Shown here: positions 1 to 8,379 of the stretch, piece by piece
How the letters are laid out: each line of letters opens with the position of its first letter
Numbering within the stretch: the first letter of the stretch is position 1
Assembly (NCBI GenBank): GCA_046754285.1
Contig: JBHHVJ010000005.1
Location: 26,330-90,329, forward strand
Source: Myxococcota bacterium
GTDB taxonomy: Bacteria; Myxococcota_A; UBA9160; SZUA-336
Direction of reading: 5' to 3'
DNA: 64,000 nucleotides
Program-made: the position numbers and the translations under genes
Notes under the pieces: model-generated
What the model was told of the DNA's origin: nothing
Databases searched by the model: none
Seen by the model: the letters and a program-made list of their open reading frames with translations, nothing else

Positions 1-628
1 CCCCCCGATCTGGATTCCGGGCGCGGGATCGCTCGAGACCATGGAGTTCGTCGCGAAGCGACGCTACGCCTACATGGGCATCCCGTACTTCCACATCGAC
101 TTCTTCAAGAGGAACTACGCGATCTTTCGCGAGACCTGTGAGAAGGTCGGCTACTCCGCACATCCCGAGCAGATGGGCCTGCTGATGCCGATCTACGTCG
201 GCGAGACCGACGAGAAGGCGCGCCGAGAGTTCGAGGAGCACTTCTGGTACTTTCAGCGCAAGCTGATCCCGGGCCTCACGCTCTCTCCACCGGGCTACAC
301 CTCGACGCGTTCTGCGCTGCGCATCCTGCACGCGCTCCGGGACGGCAAGACCTTCATCAACAGCTGCGAGACCTGGGAGGACGTCGAGCGGGGCTGCTTC
401 GCGATCGTGGGCAGCCCCGAGACGGTCGCGGAGAAGATCGTGGAGCACGCACGGGAGATCGGCTGTGGCAACCTGCTCGGTCTGTTTCAGCTCGGGGACA
501 TGCCCCCCGAGAAGGCCCGCGAGAACGCCCGCCGCTACGCCGAGGCCGTGATGCCCCGCGTCGACAAGGCGCTCCCCGACACGGCCGAGCCCCCGCCCAC
601 GCCCGTGCCGTTCCCCGAGCGGAGCTGA
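1..628 (+). CDS. LLM-class (luciferase-like) flavin-dependent oxidoreductase, 5'-truncated by window edge
   Basis: The frame is open from base 2 with no stop before the ATG at 41. The C-terminal region (IVGSPETVAEKIVEHAREIGCGNLLGLFQLG) is typical of luciferase-like monooxygenases. Confidence 0.6.
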   Translation, partial: PPIWIPGAGSLETMEFVAKRRYAYMGIPYFHIDFFKRNYAIFRETCEKVGYSAHPEQMGLLMPIYVGETDEKARREFEEHFWYFQRKLIPGLTLSPPGYTSTRSALRILHALRDGKTFINSCETWEDVERGCFAIVGSPETVAEKIVEHAREIGCGNLLGLFQLGDMPPEKARENARRYAEAVMPRVDKALPDTAEPPPTPVPFPERS

Positions 629-631
629 GCC

Positions 632-1423
632 GTGGAGCAGACAACCGGCGTGATCGAGGTCTTGGGGCGAAAGATCCACGAGCTGCGGGGCGGGCAGGGG
701 CGCCCGCTGCTCTACCTGCACAGCGCGATGGGCGAGGCGGTCTGGCTCCCCCACCTGAGCGCGCTCGCCGAGCACTACGAGCTCCACGTCCCGGCCCACC
801 CCGGCTTCATGAGCTCCGAGGGGATCGAGCAGATCCGCAACATCGAGGATCTCGTCTTCCACTATCTCGCGCTCTTCGACGCGCTTGGCTGGGACGCCGT
901 CGACGTCGTCGGCCTCTCACTCGGCGGCTGGCTCGGGGCCGAGATCGCGGCCCGGTACCCCGAGCGCGTCTCGCGGCTCGTGCTCACGAGCTCGGTGGGC
1001 ATCTGGATCCGCGAGAGGCCGATCGCCGACCTCTTCGCGCTCGACTCGCGCCACCCGGAGCGGCTTCGTGAGCTTCTCTTTCACGACATCGACGCTCCGC
1101 TCGCGCAGCTCTTCGGCTCCCCCATGAGCGAGCTTCCCGACGAGGTGCTCGTGAACGTGATGAACGCCTTTGCCGCGACGGCGAAGATCGGCTGGAATCC
1201 CCTGCTGCACGACCCCCGCCTGGAGTCGCTGCTTCCCCGCGTGCGGGCCCGAACGCTCTGCCTGTGGGGCGAGAAGGATCGGGTCGTCCCCCCCGTCTAC
1301 GGCGAGAAGTTCGCACGGCTGATCCCCGACGCCCGCTTGGAGATCCTGCCCGACTGCGGCCACATGCTCCCGCTCGAGCGCCCCGAGGAGTTCGTGCGGG
1401 CCGTCCATGGGTTCCTGGGCTGA
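632..1423 (+). CDS. alpha/beta-fold hydrolase
   Basis: GTG start 3 nt after the upstream stop. Nucleophile elbow GLSLGGW, and C-terminal CGHMLPLERPEEF typical of the alpha/beta hydrolase (meta-cleavage-product hydrolase-like) fold. Confidence 0.75.
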   Translation: MEQTTGVIEVLGRKIHELRGGQGRPLLYLHSAMGEAVWLPHLSALAEHYELHVPAHPGFMSSEGIEQIRNIEDLVFHYLALFDALGWDAVDVVGLSLGGWLGAEIAARYPERVSRLVLTSSVGIWIRERPIADLFALDSRHPERLRELLFHDIDAPLAQLFGSPMSELPDEVLVNVMNAFAATAKIGWNPLLHDPRLESLLPRVRARTLCLWGEKDRVVPPVYGEKFARLIPDARLEILPDCGHMLPLERPEEFVRAVHGFLG

Positions 1424-1485
1424 AGCCACCCGGGGCGCCCCCACCGAAACTTGACGGATTTGTCCGGTTTGTTAGATACCCGTGG

Positions 1486-2586
1486 ATGGGCAAGATCCAA
1501 GAGAGCGACGTCCTCGAGGCCTTGAGGCCGATCGAGGATCCCGACTTCCGTCGCTCCATCGTCGACCTCGGGTTCATCAAGCAGCTGCAGATCGAGGGCT
1601 CGCGGGTGGCCTTCGACATCCAGCTCACGACTCCCGCGTGCCCGGTCAAGGAGCAGTTCCGCGAGGCCGCGCGGCGCGCGGTGCTCCAGCTCCCGGGGGT
1701 CGACGAGGTCGAGGTCTCGCTCACCGCGAGCACGCGCCCGTCGCAGAGCTCGGCCAGCTCGGAGATCCTGCCCAGCGTCCGGAACGTGGTGGCCGTGGCC
1801 AGCGGCAAGGGAGGCGTGGGCAAGTCCACCGTCGCGGTGAACCTCGCACTCGGCCTGCAGCAGCTCGGGGCCCGCGTCGGCCTGCTCGACTGTGACATCT
1901 ACGGCCCCTCGGTTCCGCTGATGCTCGGGGTCTCGGGCCAGCCGCAGATCACGCCCGAGCGCAAGATCGTCCCCAAGCAGAGCCACGGGCTCGAGCTGAT
2001 GTCGATCGGCTTCCTCGCGGAGGAAGGCGCCCCCGTGATCTGGCGCGGACCGATGGTGCACGGCGTGATCAAGCAGTTCCTCTCGGACGTGCTCTGGGGG
2101 GAGCTCGACTATCTGGTGCTCGATCTCCCGCCCGGTACCGGCGATGCCGTGCTCACGCTCACGCAGACCGCCCCGCTGGCGGGCGCGATCATCGTGTCCA
2201 CGCCCCAGGAGGTGGCGCTCATCGATGCCCGCAAGGGGCTGCGGATGTTCCAGCGTGTCCAGGTCCCCGTGCTCGGGATCGTCGAGAACATGAGCTTCTT
2301 CATCTGCCCGAGCTGCAGCGAGCGTCATGCGCTCTTCGGCGATGGGGGTGCGGAGCGAACGGCAGAAGAGCTGGGGGTGCCGGTCCTGGCACGCATCCCG
2401 CTCCAGCCGGACGTCGTCGTGGCCGGCGACGGGGGGACGCCGACCCTGCTCGGCGTGCCGGACTCACTCGCCGCCCGCGCCTTCTTGGAGCTCTCGGGCG
2501 AGGTGGCCCGCAAGCTCGCCGTGCTCGCCGCGGAGAAGCCCCCCGTGCTCGACAGCAACATCGAGTGGGTGAACACCCCCGGATGA
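1486..2586 (+). CDS. apbC: Fe-S cluster carrier ATPase Mrp/ApbC (N-terminal DUF59/MIP18 domain plus ParA-type NTPase)
   Basis: ATG at 1486 (MGKIQESDVLEALRPIEDPDF...). Deviant Walker A VASGKGGVGKST and the CPSC cluster-ligand motif. The longer 1264 ORF start overlaps the upstream gene in an Arg/Pro-rich frame. Confidence 0.9.
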   Translation: MGKIQESDVLEALRPIEDPDFRRSIVDLGFIKQLQIEGSRVAFDIQLTTPACPVKEQFREAARRAVLQLPGVDEVEVSLTASTRPSQSSASSEILPSVRNVVAVASGKGGVGKSTVAVNLALGLQQLGARVGLLDCDIYGPSVPLMLGVSGQPQITPERKIVPKQSHGLELMSIGFLAEEGAPVIWRGPMVHGVIKQFLSDVLWGELDYLVLDLPPGTGDAVLTLTQTAPLAGAIIVSTPQEVALIDARKGLRMFQRVQVPVLGIVENMSFFICPSCSERHALFGDGGAERTAEELGVPVLARIPLQPDVVVAGDGGTPTLLGVPDSLAARAFLELSGEVARKLAVLAAEKPPVLDSNIEWVNTPG

Positions 2587-2912
2587 AGATCGTCCGCTGG
2601 GACCGCAGCGCGCAGCGCTTCTCGAGCGAGAAGCTCCAGAAGGTGGGCCTTTTCGCGAGCGACCGCTTCCTGCTGGATCTCTACTGCCTCGAGCCCGGCC
2701 AGAGCCAACGGCCTCACACGCATCCCGGGTCCGAGAAGGTCTACCTGGTCCAGGAGGGCGTCGGCCGGTTTCGCATCGGCGACGAGGAGCGGAGCCTGGG
2801 TCCGGGGGAAGCGGTGCGAGCTGCGCCGGGCGAGCTGCACGGCGTGACGAACGCCTCCGAGCAGCGCCTCGTCGTGCTCACGCTCATGGCGCCCCCGCCG
2901 GAGCCCGCGTAG
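2583..2912 (+). CDS. cupin domain protein
   Basis: ATGA start/stop overlap with apbC. Cupin metal motif PHTHPGSEKVYLVQEG...GELHGVTN. Confidence 0.7.
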   Translation: MKIVRWDRSAQRFSSEKLQKVGLFASDRFLLDLYCLEPGQSQRPHTHPGSEKVYLVQEGVGRFRIGDEERSLGPGEAVRAAPGELHGVTNASEQRLVVLTLMAPPPEPA

Positions 2913-4182
2913 CATCCCGCTGCGGCGGGAGCCGGTCGGCCGACGGCGCGGCCTCGCCCTCCGCATCCTCGGGAGCGGGCTCCCGCGGCGGGGTCAGCTC
3001 GGCGAGCGGCTTCCCTTGCACGTGGCGGGGCGGATTGATTCCCAGCAGGCGTGTCACGGTGGGCGCGACATCCACCGCCCGCACCTCGCCCAGACGGTGA
3101 CCCGGCTTCACCCCGCGGCCGAGTGCGTAGAAGATGGCGGACATCTCGGGCAGGTCCGGTGCGTAGCCGTGGCCGCCGACGAGACCTCTCAGGCGACTCG
3201 TGAGGCTCGGCGGGTAGAACGAGTACGGGGGCCGGGTCATCAGCGTCAGGTCTCCGGAGCGGAGCGGGTGCACGGCGTGCAGCTCGCGGGGTATCTGGTC
3301 GCTCGGCCAAGCCCGGACGGGCTCGAGCGTGGCGAGCACGGCCAGTGCCTCGCTGCGACGCTCCGGCTGATCCAGCCAGACGTACGCCATGCCTCCGCCG
3401 GGGTAGAGCTCCGCGCCCAGGCCCGCGCGCGCGAGCGCACCGCGAACATCGAGCCGCTCGTCGGCGCGGGCCATGCCGTGGTCGCTGGTCACGATCAAGG
3501 TCGTCTCCGTCCAGAGACCGCGCGCGTCGAGCCCGGCGAGGAGCCGCTGCAGGGCTCGGTCCTGGCGCTCGAGCTGGCGGACCACGGCGGAATCTCCCGG
3601 GCCCTTGCGGTGTCCCACCGCATCCGCCCCGTGCCACCACGAGAGAATCAGTCGCGGCCGCGCATCCTCGGGCAGATCCAGCCAGGCGAGGATCTGCTCG
3701 ACCTTGGCAGACTCCGGTACGCTGCCGTCGAACGGAGCCTTGACGTAGCTCGCGGCCGTGCCGTGCCACGCCGTCTCGGAGCCGACCCAGTAGAAGACCG
3801 CCGCCCGTACACCCTGGCGTTCGGCGGTCACCCAGACGGGCTCGGCCTCCAGCCAGCTCGCGTCGCTCTCCCTCCGGTAGACGCCGCGCTCCCGATCTCG
3901 AAAACGGTTTCCAACGATGCCGTGGCGCTCCGCATAGGCTCCGGTCGCGAGCGCGGCGTGGTTCGGAAACGTGTTGGCCGGAAAGATGGGGCGCAGGCCA
4001 CGGGCGCGAGCGCCCTCGCGCTCCATGCGCTCGAGACCCGGAAGCCGCGCGCGGTCCGGATAGTCGTGCCGCGTGCCGTCCCAGGAGAGCAGGATCACCG
4101 TCGGCTCCCCCGCCTGGGCGGCGAGCGCGAGCAGGAGCGTGCCCGATACGACCCGCAGCAGCTGGGCTAAGCTGACCCGCAG
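2884..4182 (-). CDS. nucleotide pyrophosphatase/phosphodiesterase (NPP, alkaline-phosphatase superfamily), secreted
   Basis: Signal-peptide-like LLRVVSGTLLLALAAQA followed by LLSWDGTRHDY, FPNHAALATGAY, HGADAVGH and TSDHGM motifs. The 5' end is uncertain because no in-frame ATG/GTG/TTG lies upstream of the signal peptide; the CTG at 4182 is used as a placeholder. Confidence 0.7.
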   Translation of the reverse strand: MRVSLAQLLRVVSGTLLLALAAQAGEPTVILLSWDGTRHDYPDRARLPGLERMEREGARARGLRPIFPANTFPNHAALATGAYAERHGIVGNRFRDRERGVYRRESDASWLEAEPVWVTAERQGVRAAVFYWVGSETAWHGTAASYVKAPFDGSVPESAKVEQILAWLDLPEDARPRLILSWWHGADAVGHRKGPGDSAVVRQLERQDRALQRLLAGLDARGLWTETTLIVTSDHGMARADERLDVRGALARAGLGAELYPGGGMAYVWLDQPERRSEALAVLATLEPVRAWPSDQIPRELHAVHPLRSGDLTLMTRPPYSFYPPSLTSRLRGLVGGHGYAPDLPEMSAIFYALGRGVKPGHRLGEVRAVDVAPTVTRLLGINPPRHVQGKPLAELTPPREPAPEDAEGEAAPSADRLPPQRDATRAPAGAP

Positions 4183-4260
4183 ATGGTCGAGAGAAAGCCA
4201 TCGGGCAGGCCGACTCGAGGGTCGATCGACACACGCACAGGTGGGCCCGGCTCGCCGGAG

Positions 4261-5097
4261 ATGCGCCGGGACGGCGAGGAACGGACCCGAGCGAGAGAAC
4301 CGAGCGCGCCTCCGCGGGCGCTCTCGATCGCGGGCTCGGATCCCACCGGGGGCGCGGGGCTGCAGCTCGATCTTCGTGTCTTCGCCTGTCACTGCGTTCA
4401 CGGCATGGCGGTTCCCACCGCCCTCACGGTTCAAACTACCAAAGCCGTCTCGCGCGTCCTGCCGGTCTTCCCGAACGTCTTCTCGGAGCAGCTCGCCGCC
4501 CTGCTCGGGGACCTGCCTCCGAACGTGATCAAGCTCGGAATGCTGGCGACGGACGATCTCGTGCTGCTCGCCGCGCGGCTGCTCGAGCGGCACCCGATTC
4601 CCCTGATCGTGGATCCCGTGCTGCGCGCCAGCGACGGCACCTACCTGCTGGAGCGGCGAGCGTGGGCGAGCCTGATGGATCGCATCGTCGCCCGCGCGCG
4701 GCTCGTCACGCCGAACCTCGACGAGGCGGAGGCCCTCACCGGGAGCCGAGACCCCGAGCGCGCGGCGCGGCAGTTTCTCGATCTGGGCGCAGAGGCGGTC
4801 CTGATCAAGGGGGGACACGCGAGCGGCGCACCCGACGATCTTCTCGTCCTCCGCACGGGGGAGGCGAGCTGGCTGCCCGGGACACGGCGGGGGCCGGGGG
4901 CCGTGCACGGCACGGGCTGTGCTCTCTCCTCGGCCATCGCGGCGCGCCTCGCACGCGGCGAGCCGCTGCGGGAGGCCGTGGTGGCGGCGAAGGCGTATGT
5001 CGAGCGCGCGATCGCTCACGCCACGCGTTCGGGTGCGGGCGCCTCCCTGCTGACGCTCCCGCTGGAGCCACCCGCGAATCCGGAGGGGCGGGCGTGA
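4261..5097 (+). CDS. thiD: hydroxymethylpyrimidine/phosphomethylpyrimidine kinase
   Basis: IAGSDPTGGAGLQLDLRV, the GG anion hole and HGTGCALSSAIAA motifs. ATG at 4261 is preferred over the ORF start at 4183. Confidence 0.85.
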   Translation: MRRDGEERTRAREPSAPPRALSIAGSDPTGGAGLQLDLRVFACHCVHGMAVPTALTVQTTKAVSRVLPVFPNVFSEQLAALLGDLPPNVIKLGMLATDDLVLLAARLLERHPIPLIVDPVLRASDGTYLLERRAWASLMDRIVARARLVTPNLDEAEALTGSRDPERAARQFLDLGAEAVLIKGGHASGAPDDLLVLRTGEASWLPGTRRGPGAVHGTGCALSSAIAARLARGEPLREAVVAAKAYVERAIAHATRSGAGASLLTLPLEPPANPEGRA

Positions 5098-5696
5098 GCG
5101 AGGTTCTGGAGTTCTGGTTCGAGTTTGGCAGCAGCTACTCCTACCCGGCCGCCTTTCGTGTCGCCCGTCTCGTCGACGAAGAGGACCTTCGCGTCGTCTG
5201 GCGTCCATTTCTGCTCGGGCCGATCTTCCGTGCGCAGGGCCTTGGGGACTCGCCCTTCAACGCGATCCCGGCCAAGGGGCGCTACATGTGGCGCGACCTC
5301 GAGCGAATCTGTAGCGAGCTCGGCCTCCCCTTCCGGCGGCCCTCGGTGTTTCCGCGCAACGGCCTGCTCGCGGCCCGCGTGGCCACGGCCCACGCGGAGG
5401 CGCCCTGGCTGCCGCAGCTCGTGGTCGACGTCTACCGCGCGAACTTCGCCGAAGACCGCGAGATCTCCGACCCCGACGTGCTGCGGGAGCTGCTGACCAG
5501 GAGAGACCTGGATGCGGGGAGCGCTCTGGAGCGCGCTGAGGACCCGGGGACGAAGGCCGAGCTGCGCACCCACACCGAGCGGGCCCAGCAGCTCGGCATC
5601 TTCGGGGCGCCCACCTTCCGGGTCGGGAACGAGATCTTCTGGGGCGGCGATCGCCTGGATACGGCGCTGCGCTGGCTACGCCGCGCGACGACCTGA
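5094..5696 (+). CDS. 2-hydroxychromene-2-carboxylate isomerase family (DsbA-like thioredoxin fold)
   Basis: GTGA overlap with the thiD stop. N-terminal FWFEFGSSYSYPA and C-terminal GIFGAPTFRVGNEIFWGGDRL are typical of the HCCA isomerase/DsbA family. Confidence 0.7.
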   Translation: MSEVLEFWFEFGSSYSYPAAFRVARLVDEEDLRVVWRPFLLGPIFRAQGLGDSPFNAIPAKGRYMWRDLERICSELGLPFRRPSVFPRNGLLAARVATAHAEAPWLPQLVVDVYRANFAEDREISDPDVLRELLTRRDLDAGSALERAEDPGTKAELRTHTERAQQLGIFGAPTFRVGNEIFWGGDRLDTALRWLRRATT

Positions 5697-5724
5697 CGGG
5701 CCACCCGGCACCGCCAGCATCGAC

Positions 5725-5925
5725 TCAGCGCAGCCGCGAGAAGAGCTGGAGCAGCCCGGAGAGGAGAAGGCTGATCAGCACGCAGCTCGTGATCGGAACG
5801 TAGAGGCGAAAGCCTGGGCGCTCGATGCGAACGTCTCCCGGCAGACGTCCCAGAAGAGGAAGCGAGGGGCTCAGATGGATCAGCAGACCGAGCGCCAGCA
5901 GCAGCGCCCCCGTGACGATCAGCAT
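5725..5925 (-). CDS. small membrane protein, DUF2905-like
   Basis: 67-aa product from the internal ATG (MLIVTGALLLALGLLIHL...LPGDVRIERPGFRLYVPITSCVLISLLLS). Two hydrophobic helices flank a PGD(I/V)xxxR motif. Confidence 0.55.
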   Translation of the reverse strand: MLIVTGALLLALGLLIHLSPSLPLLGRLPGDVRIERPGFRLYVPITSCVLISLLLSGLLQLFSRLR

Positions 5926-6052
5926 GCGTCCGAGCCCGTCCACGCCGGTCCAGACTATGCCGCGAGGTCCGTTCCCGGGCCAGCCGGGGTGGCGAGGGCG
6001 GTGGTATCCTGGGAGCTCGCGCCGGGTACACGAGCGCAAGGCGGGAGGCGGG

Positions 6053-6721
6053 ATGAGCACCTACGTCCTGATGCGGATCCTGGAGTCGGCGCCCAAGCGC
6101 TACGACGCCGGCATCGGTCTGCTCACACTCGGGGCCGTGGGCCGCGCGTACGATCGGCTGGTGAGTCGGATCCCGGAGGGGGCGCGCGTGATCGACATCG
6201 GCTGCGGCACCGGCGCGCTCACGCTCCGCGCCGCCCGACGCGGCGCCTGCGTCAAGGGGATCGATGTGAACCCCGAGATGCTGGAACGGGCGAGGGAGCG
6301 CGTCCGGGCCGCGGGCCTCGAGGCCCGGGTCGAGCTCGTGGAGATGGGCGTGGCCGAGCTCGACCGGGAGGAGCGGGAGAGCTACGACGTCGTGGTCAGC
6401 GGGCTCTGCTTCTCGGAGCTGAGCCCCGACGAACAGCGGTACGCGCTCCGGCAGGTGGCACGTCTGCTGCGCGCGGATGGGCTGCTGCTGGTCGCCGATG
6501 AGGTTCGCCCTTCGGGTCCCGTGGCGCGGGCCGCGCAGAGATTGCTGCGCGCCCCGCTGGTGGCGATCACCTACCTCATCACCCAGCAGACGACCCATCC
6601 CGTCTCGGGGCTCCCCGAGCGGATCGCGGAGAGCGGCCTCCGAATCGAGTCGCAGCGCTCGAGCGCGCTCGGCGGTTTCATCGAGATCGTCGCGCGCAGG
6701 GCGGGAGCCGGGCCGGGATGA
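6053..6721 (+). CDS. class I SAM-dependent methyltransferase
   Basis: ATG at 6053. SAM-binding motif I VIDIGCGTGALTL and the downstream acidic loop. Its stop overlaps the next start (ATGA at 6718-6721). Confidence 0.8.
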   Translation: MSTYVLMRILESAPKRYDAGIGLLTLGAVGRAYDRLVSRIPEGARVIDIGCGTGALTLRAARRGACVKGIDVNPEMLERARERVRAAGLEARVELVEMGVAELDREERESYDVVVSGLCFSELSPDEQRYALRQVARLLRADGLLLVADEVRPSGPVARAAQRLLRAPLVAITYLITQQTTHPVSGLPERIAESGLRIESQRSSALGGFIEIVARRAGAGPG

Positions 6722-7875
6722 GCCGGCTGCGCTCGCTCGCTCTGGCGGGGGTCCAGACGCTGCTCCGGATGCTCCCCTTTCCGTGCCGAACCGGTCTGGT
6801 CGAGATCGGTCGTCCCGGTCCCGACTCGCCCGTGCTTCTCACGGGAAACTTCTGGCTCACCGTGGAGCGCGTGAAGCGCGCCCTCGGGGGACTCGACGCC
6901 TTTCTGCTCGTCGCAAACAGCCGGGGCGTCAACGTCTGGTGCGCCGCGACAGGGGGTCTGCTGACCAACCACGACGTGATCTCGGTTCTGAAGACCAGCG
7001 GAGTCGGTGAGCGGGTGAAGCACCGTCGGCTGATTCTGCCTCAGCTCGCGGCCACGGGGATCGAGGGCGGAGAGGTCCACAAGAAGACGGGTTGGCGCGT
7101 GCACTGGGGCCCGGTGCGATGCGAGGACCTGCCCGTGTATCTCCGGAACGGCCTCCGCAAGACCGTCGCGATGCGGACCGTCAGCTTTCCCTGGCGCGAG
7201 CGGCTCGAGATGGCCGTGGCCTGGGCCTTCCCCATCTCCCTGCTCTCGCTCGTGCTGCTCCCCTTCTGGCCCGGGGGCGTGGCGCCGCTCATGGCGGTCG
7301 TGTGGGCTCTCTCGCTCCTCCTCTTTCTGGCCTTCCCCCTCTACGAGCCGCTCGTGCGCGGGAAGAAGAAGCACATCGGCTTCGTCTTCTTCGATTTCGG
7401 GGAACGCGGGATCGTGCTGCTCCTCTGGCTCGTGCTGCTGGCCGGACTGGCCCTGACCAGCGCGCTCTCCGACGACTACAGCGCTGGATTCGCGGTCCGC
7501 TGGGGGGTGGCCTCGTTCGTCGTGCTCGCGATCCTTGGACTCGACCTCACCGGGAGCACGCCGCTGTACAAGAGCGGGCTGCACGAGGACCGGCAGCTCC
7601 GCATCACGCTGGACGAGGCGCGTTGCAAGGGCGCCGGGTTCTGCGAGCAGAGCTGTCCGACCCACGTCTTCGAGATGGAGCCGTCGCGGAAGCTCGTGCG
7701 CCTGCCACGCTCCGAACGCTGCGTCCAATGCGGCGCCTGCATCGTGCAGTGTCCCTTCGATGCGCTCTTCTTCCAGAGCCCCGACGGAGAGGTCGTGAGC
7801 CCCGAGACGATCCGCCGCTACAAGCTCAACCTGCTCGGGACGCGGCGCGTGCAGGCGCCGGAGCTGACCCACTGA
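6718..7875 (+). CDS. fused HgcA-like corrinoid-binding/transmembrane protein with C-terminal HgcB-like 4Fe-4S ferredoxin domain
   Basis: N-terminal PDSPVLLTGNFWLT...GVNVWCAATGG...LILPQLAATGIEG...VHWGPVRCEDLPVYL resembles the HgcA/CFeSP corrinoid domain, including the cap-helix Cys (codon 6940-6942). Roughly 4 hydrophobic helices span residues ~160-285. C-terminal CKGAGFCEQSCP plus CVQCGACIVQCP ferredoxin motifs. Confidence 0.7.
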   Translation: MSRLRSLALAGVQTLLRMLPFPCRTGLVEIGRPGPDSPVLLTGNFWLTVERVKRALGGLDAFLLVANSRGVNVWCAATGGLLTNHDVISVLKTSGVGERVKHRRLILPQLAATGIEGGEVHKKTGWRVHWGPVRCEDLPVYLRNGLRKTVAMRTVSFPWRERLEMAVAWAFPISLLSLVLLPFWPGGVAPLMAVVWALSLLLFLAFPLYEPLVRGKKKHIGFVFFDFGERGIVLLLWLVLLAGLALTSALSDDYSAGFAVRWGVASFVVLAILGLDLTGSTPLYKSGLHEDRQLRITLDEARCKGAGFCEQSCPTHVFEMEPSRKLVRLPRSERCVQCGACIVQCPFDALFFQSPDGEVVSPETIRRYKLNLLGTRRVQAPELTH

Positions 7876-8378
7876 GTCGCGCGCCGCTGGAGCCTCGGCC
7901 CGGAAGCTACGTGCTCGTGCTCCGTGAGGCGCGCCCGGGCCGGGCCGTCCGCTACGGCCGCGGGCGCTCCCTCAAGACCGGGACGGGCTTCTACCTCTAC
8001 GTGGGCAGCGCTCTGGGGCCGGGTGGAGTTCGTGCGCGCGTCCTGCGTCACTGCCGAGCCACGGGCGCCGTGCACTGGCACATCGACCGTCTGCGGCGGC
8101 AGCTCGAGCTCGTGCGCGTGTGGTTCTCGTACGGCACACATCGCATGGAGTGTCGCTGGGCCGCGGCTCTCGCCGGGCTGCGCAGCGCCACATTGCCCGC
8201 GGCGCGCTTCGGGGCCTCGGACTGCCGCTGTCCAGCCCATCTCATTCGCTTGCCCCACGAGCCACGTCCAATCCGCCCGCAAGTGCGGTCACCCGATGGG
8301 GCCGGCGTCGGCCCGGCGGTATACTGCGCCGATCCCGCGGAGCTCCTGACCTTCGCGAGGCAGAAGGGGGAACGCTGA
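7872..8378 (+). CDS. DUF123 (GIY-YIG/Uri-superfamily nuclease-like) protein
   Basis: GSYVLVL...GFYLYVGSALG...HWHIDRL...GASDCRCPAHL motifs. The start is uncertain: CTG at 7872 overlapping the upstream TGA, or GTG at 7911. Confidence 0.6.
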   Translation: MSRAPLEPRPGSYVLVLREARPGRAVRYGRGRSLKTGTGFYLYVGSALGPGGVRARVLRHCRATGAVHWHIDRLRRQLELVRVWFSYGTHRMECRWAAALAGLRSATLPAARFGASDCRCPAHLIRLPHEPRPIRPQVRSPDGAGVGPAVYCADPAELLTFARQKGER

Positions 8379-8379
8379 G

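Noticed and set aside
4183-4260. Longer thiD start (ATG 4183) and a possible TPP riboswitch upstream of thiD
   Set aside because: The extra 26 aa are Arg/Gly/Pro-rich and unlike ThiD N termini. I could not find the conserved THI-box elements (CUGAGA...ACCUGAUCUGGAUAAUGCCAGCG-like) in the 78-nt divergent gap.
5926-6052. Possible cobalamin riboswitch ahead of the methyltransferase/HgcAB-like operon
   Set aside because: The gap is only 127 nt, and I could not recognise a B12-box or the conserved core helices by eye. This needs cmscan to exclude properly.
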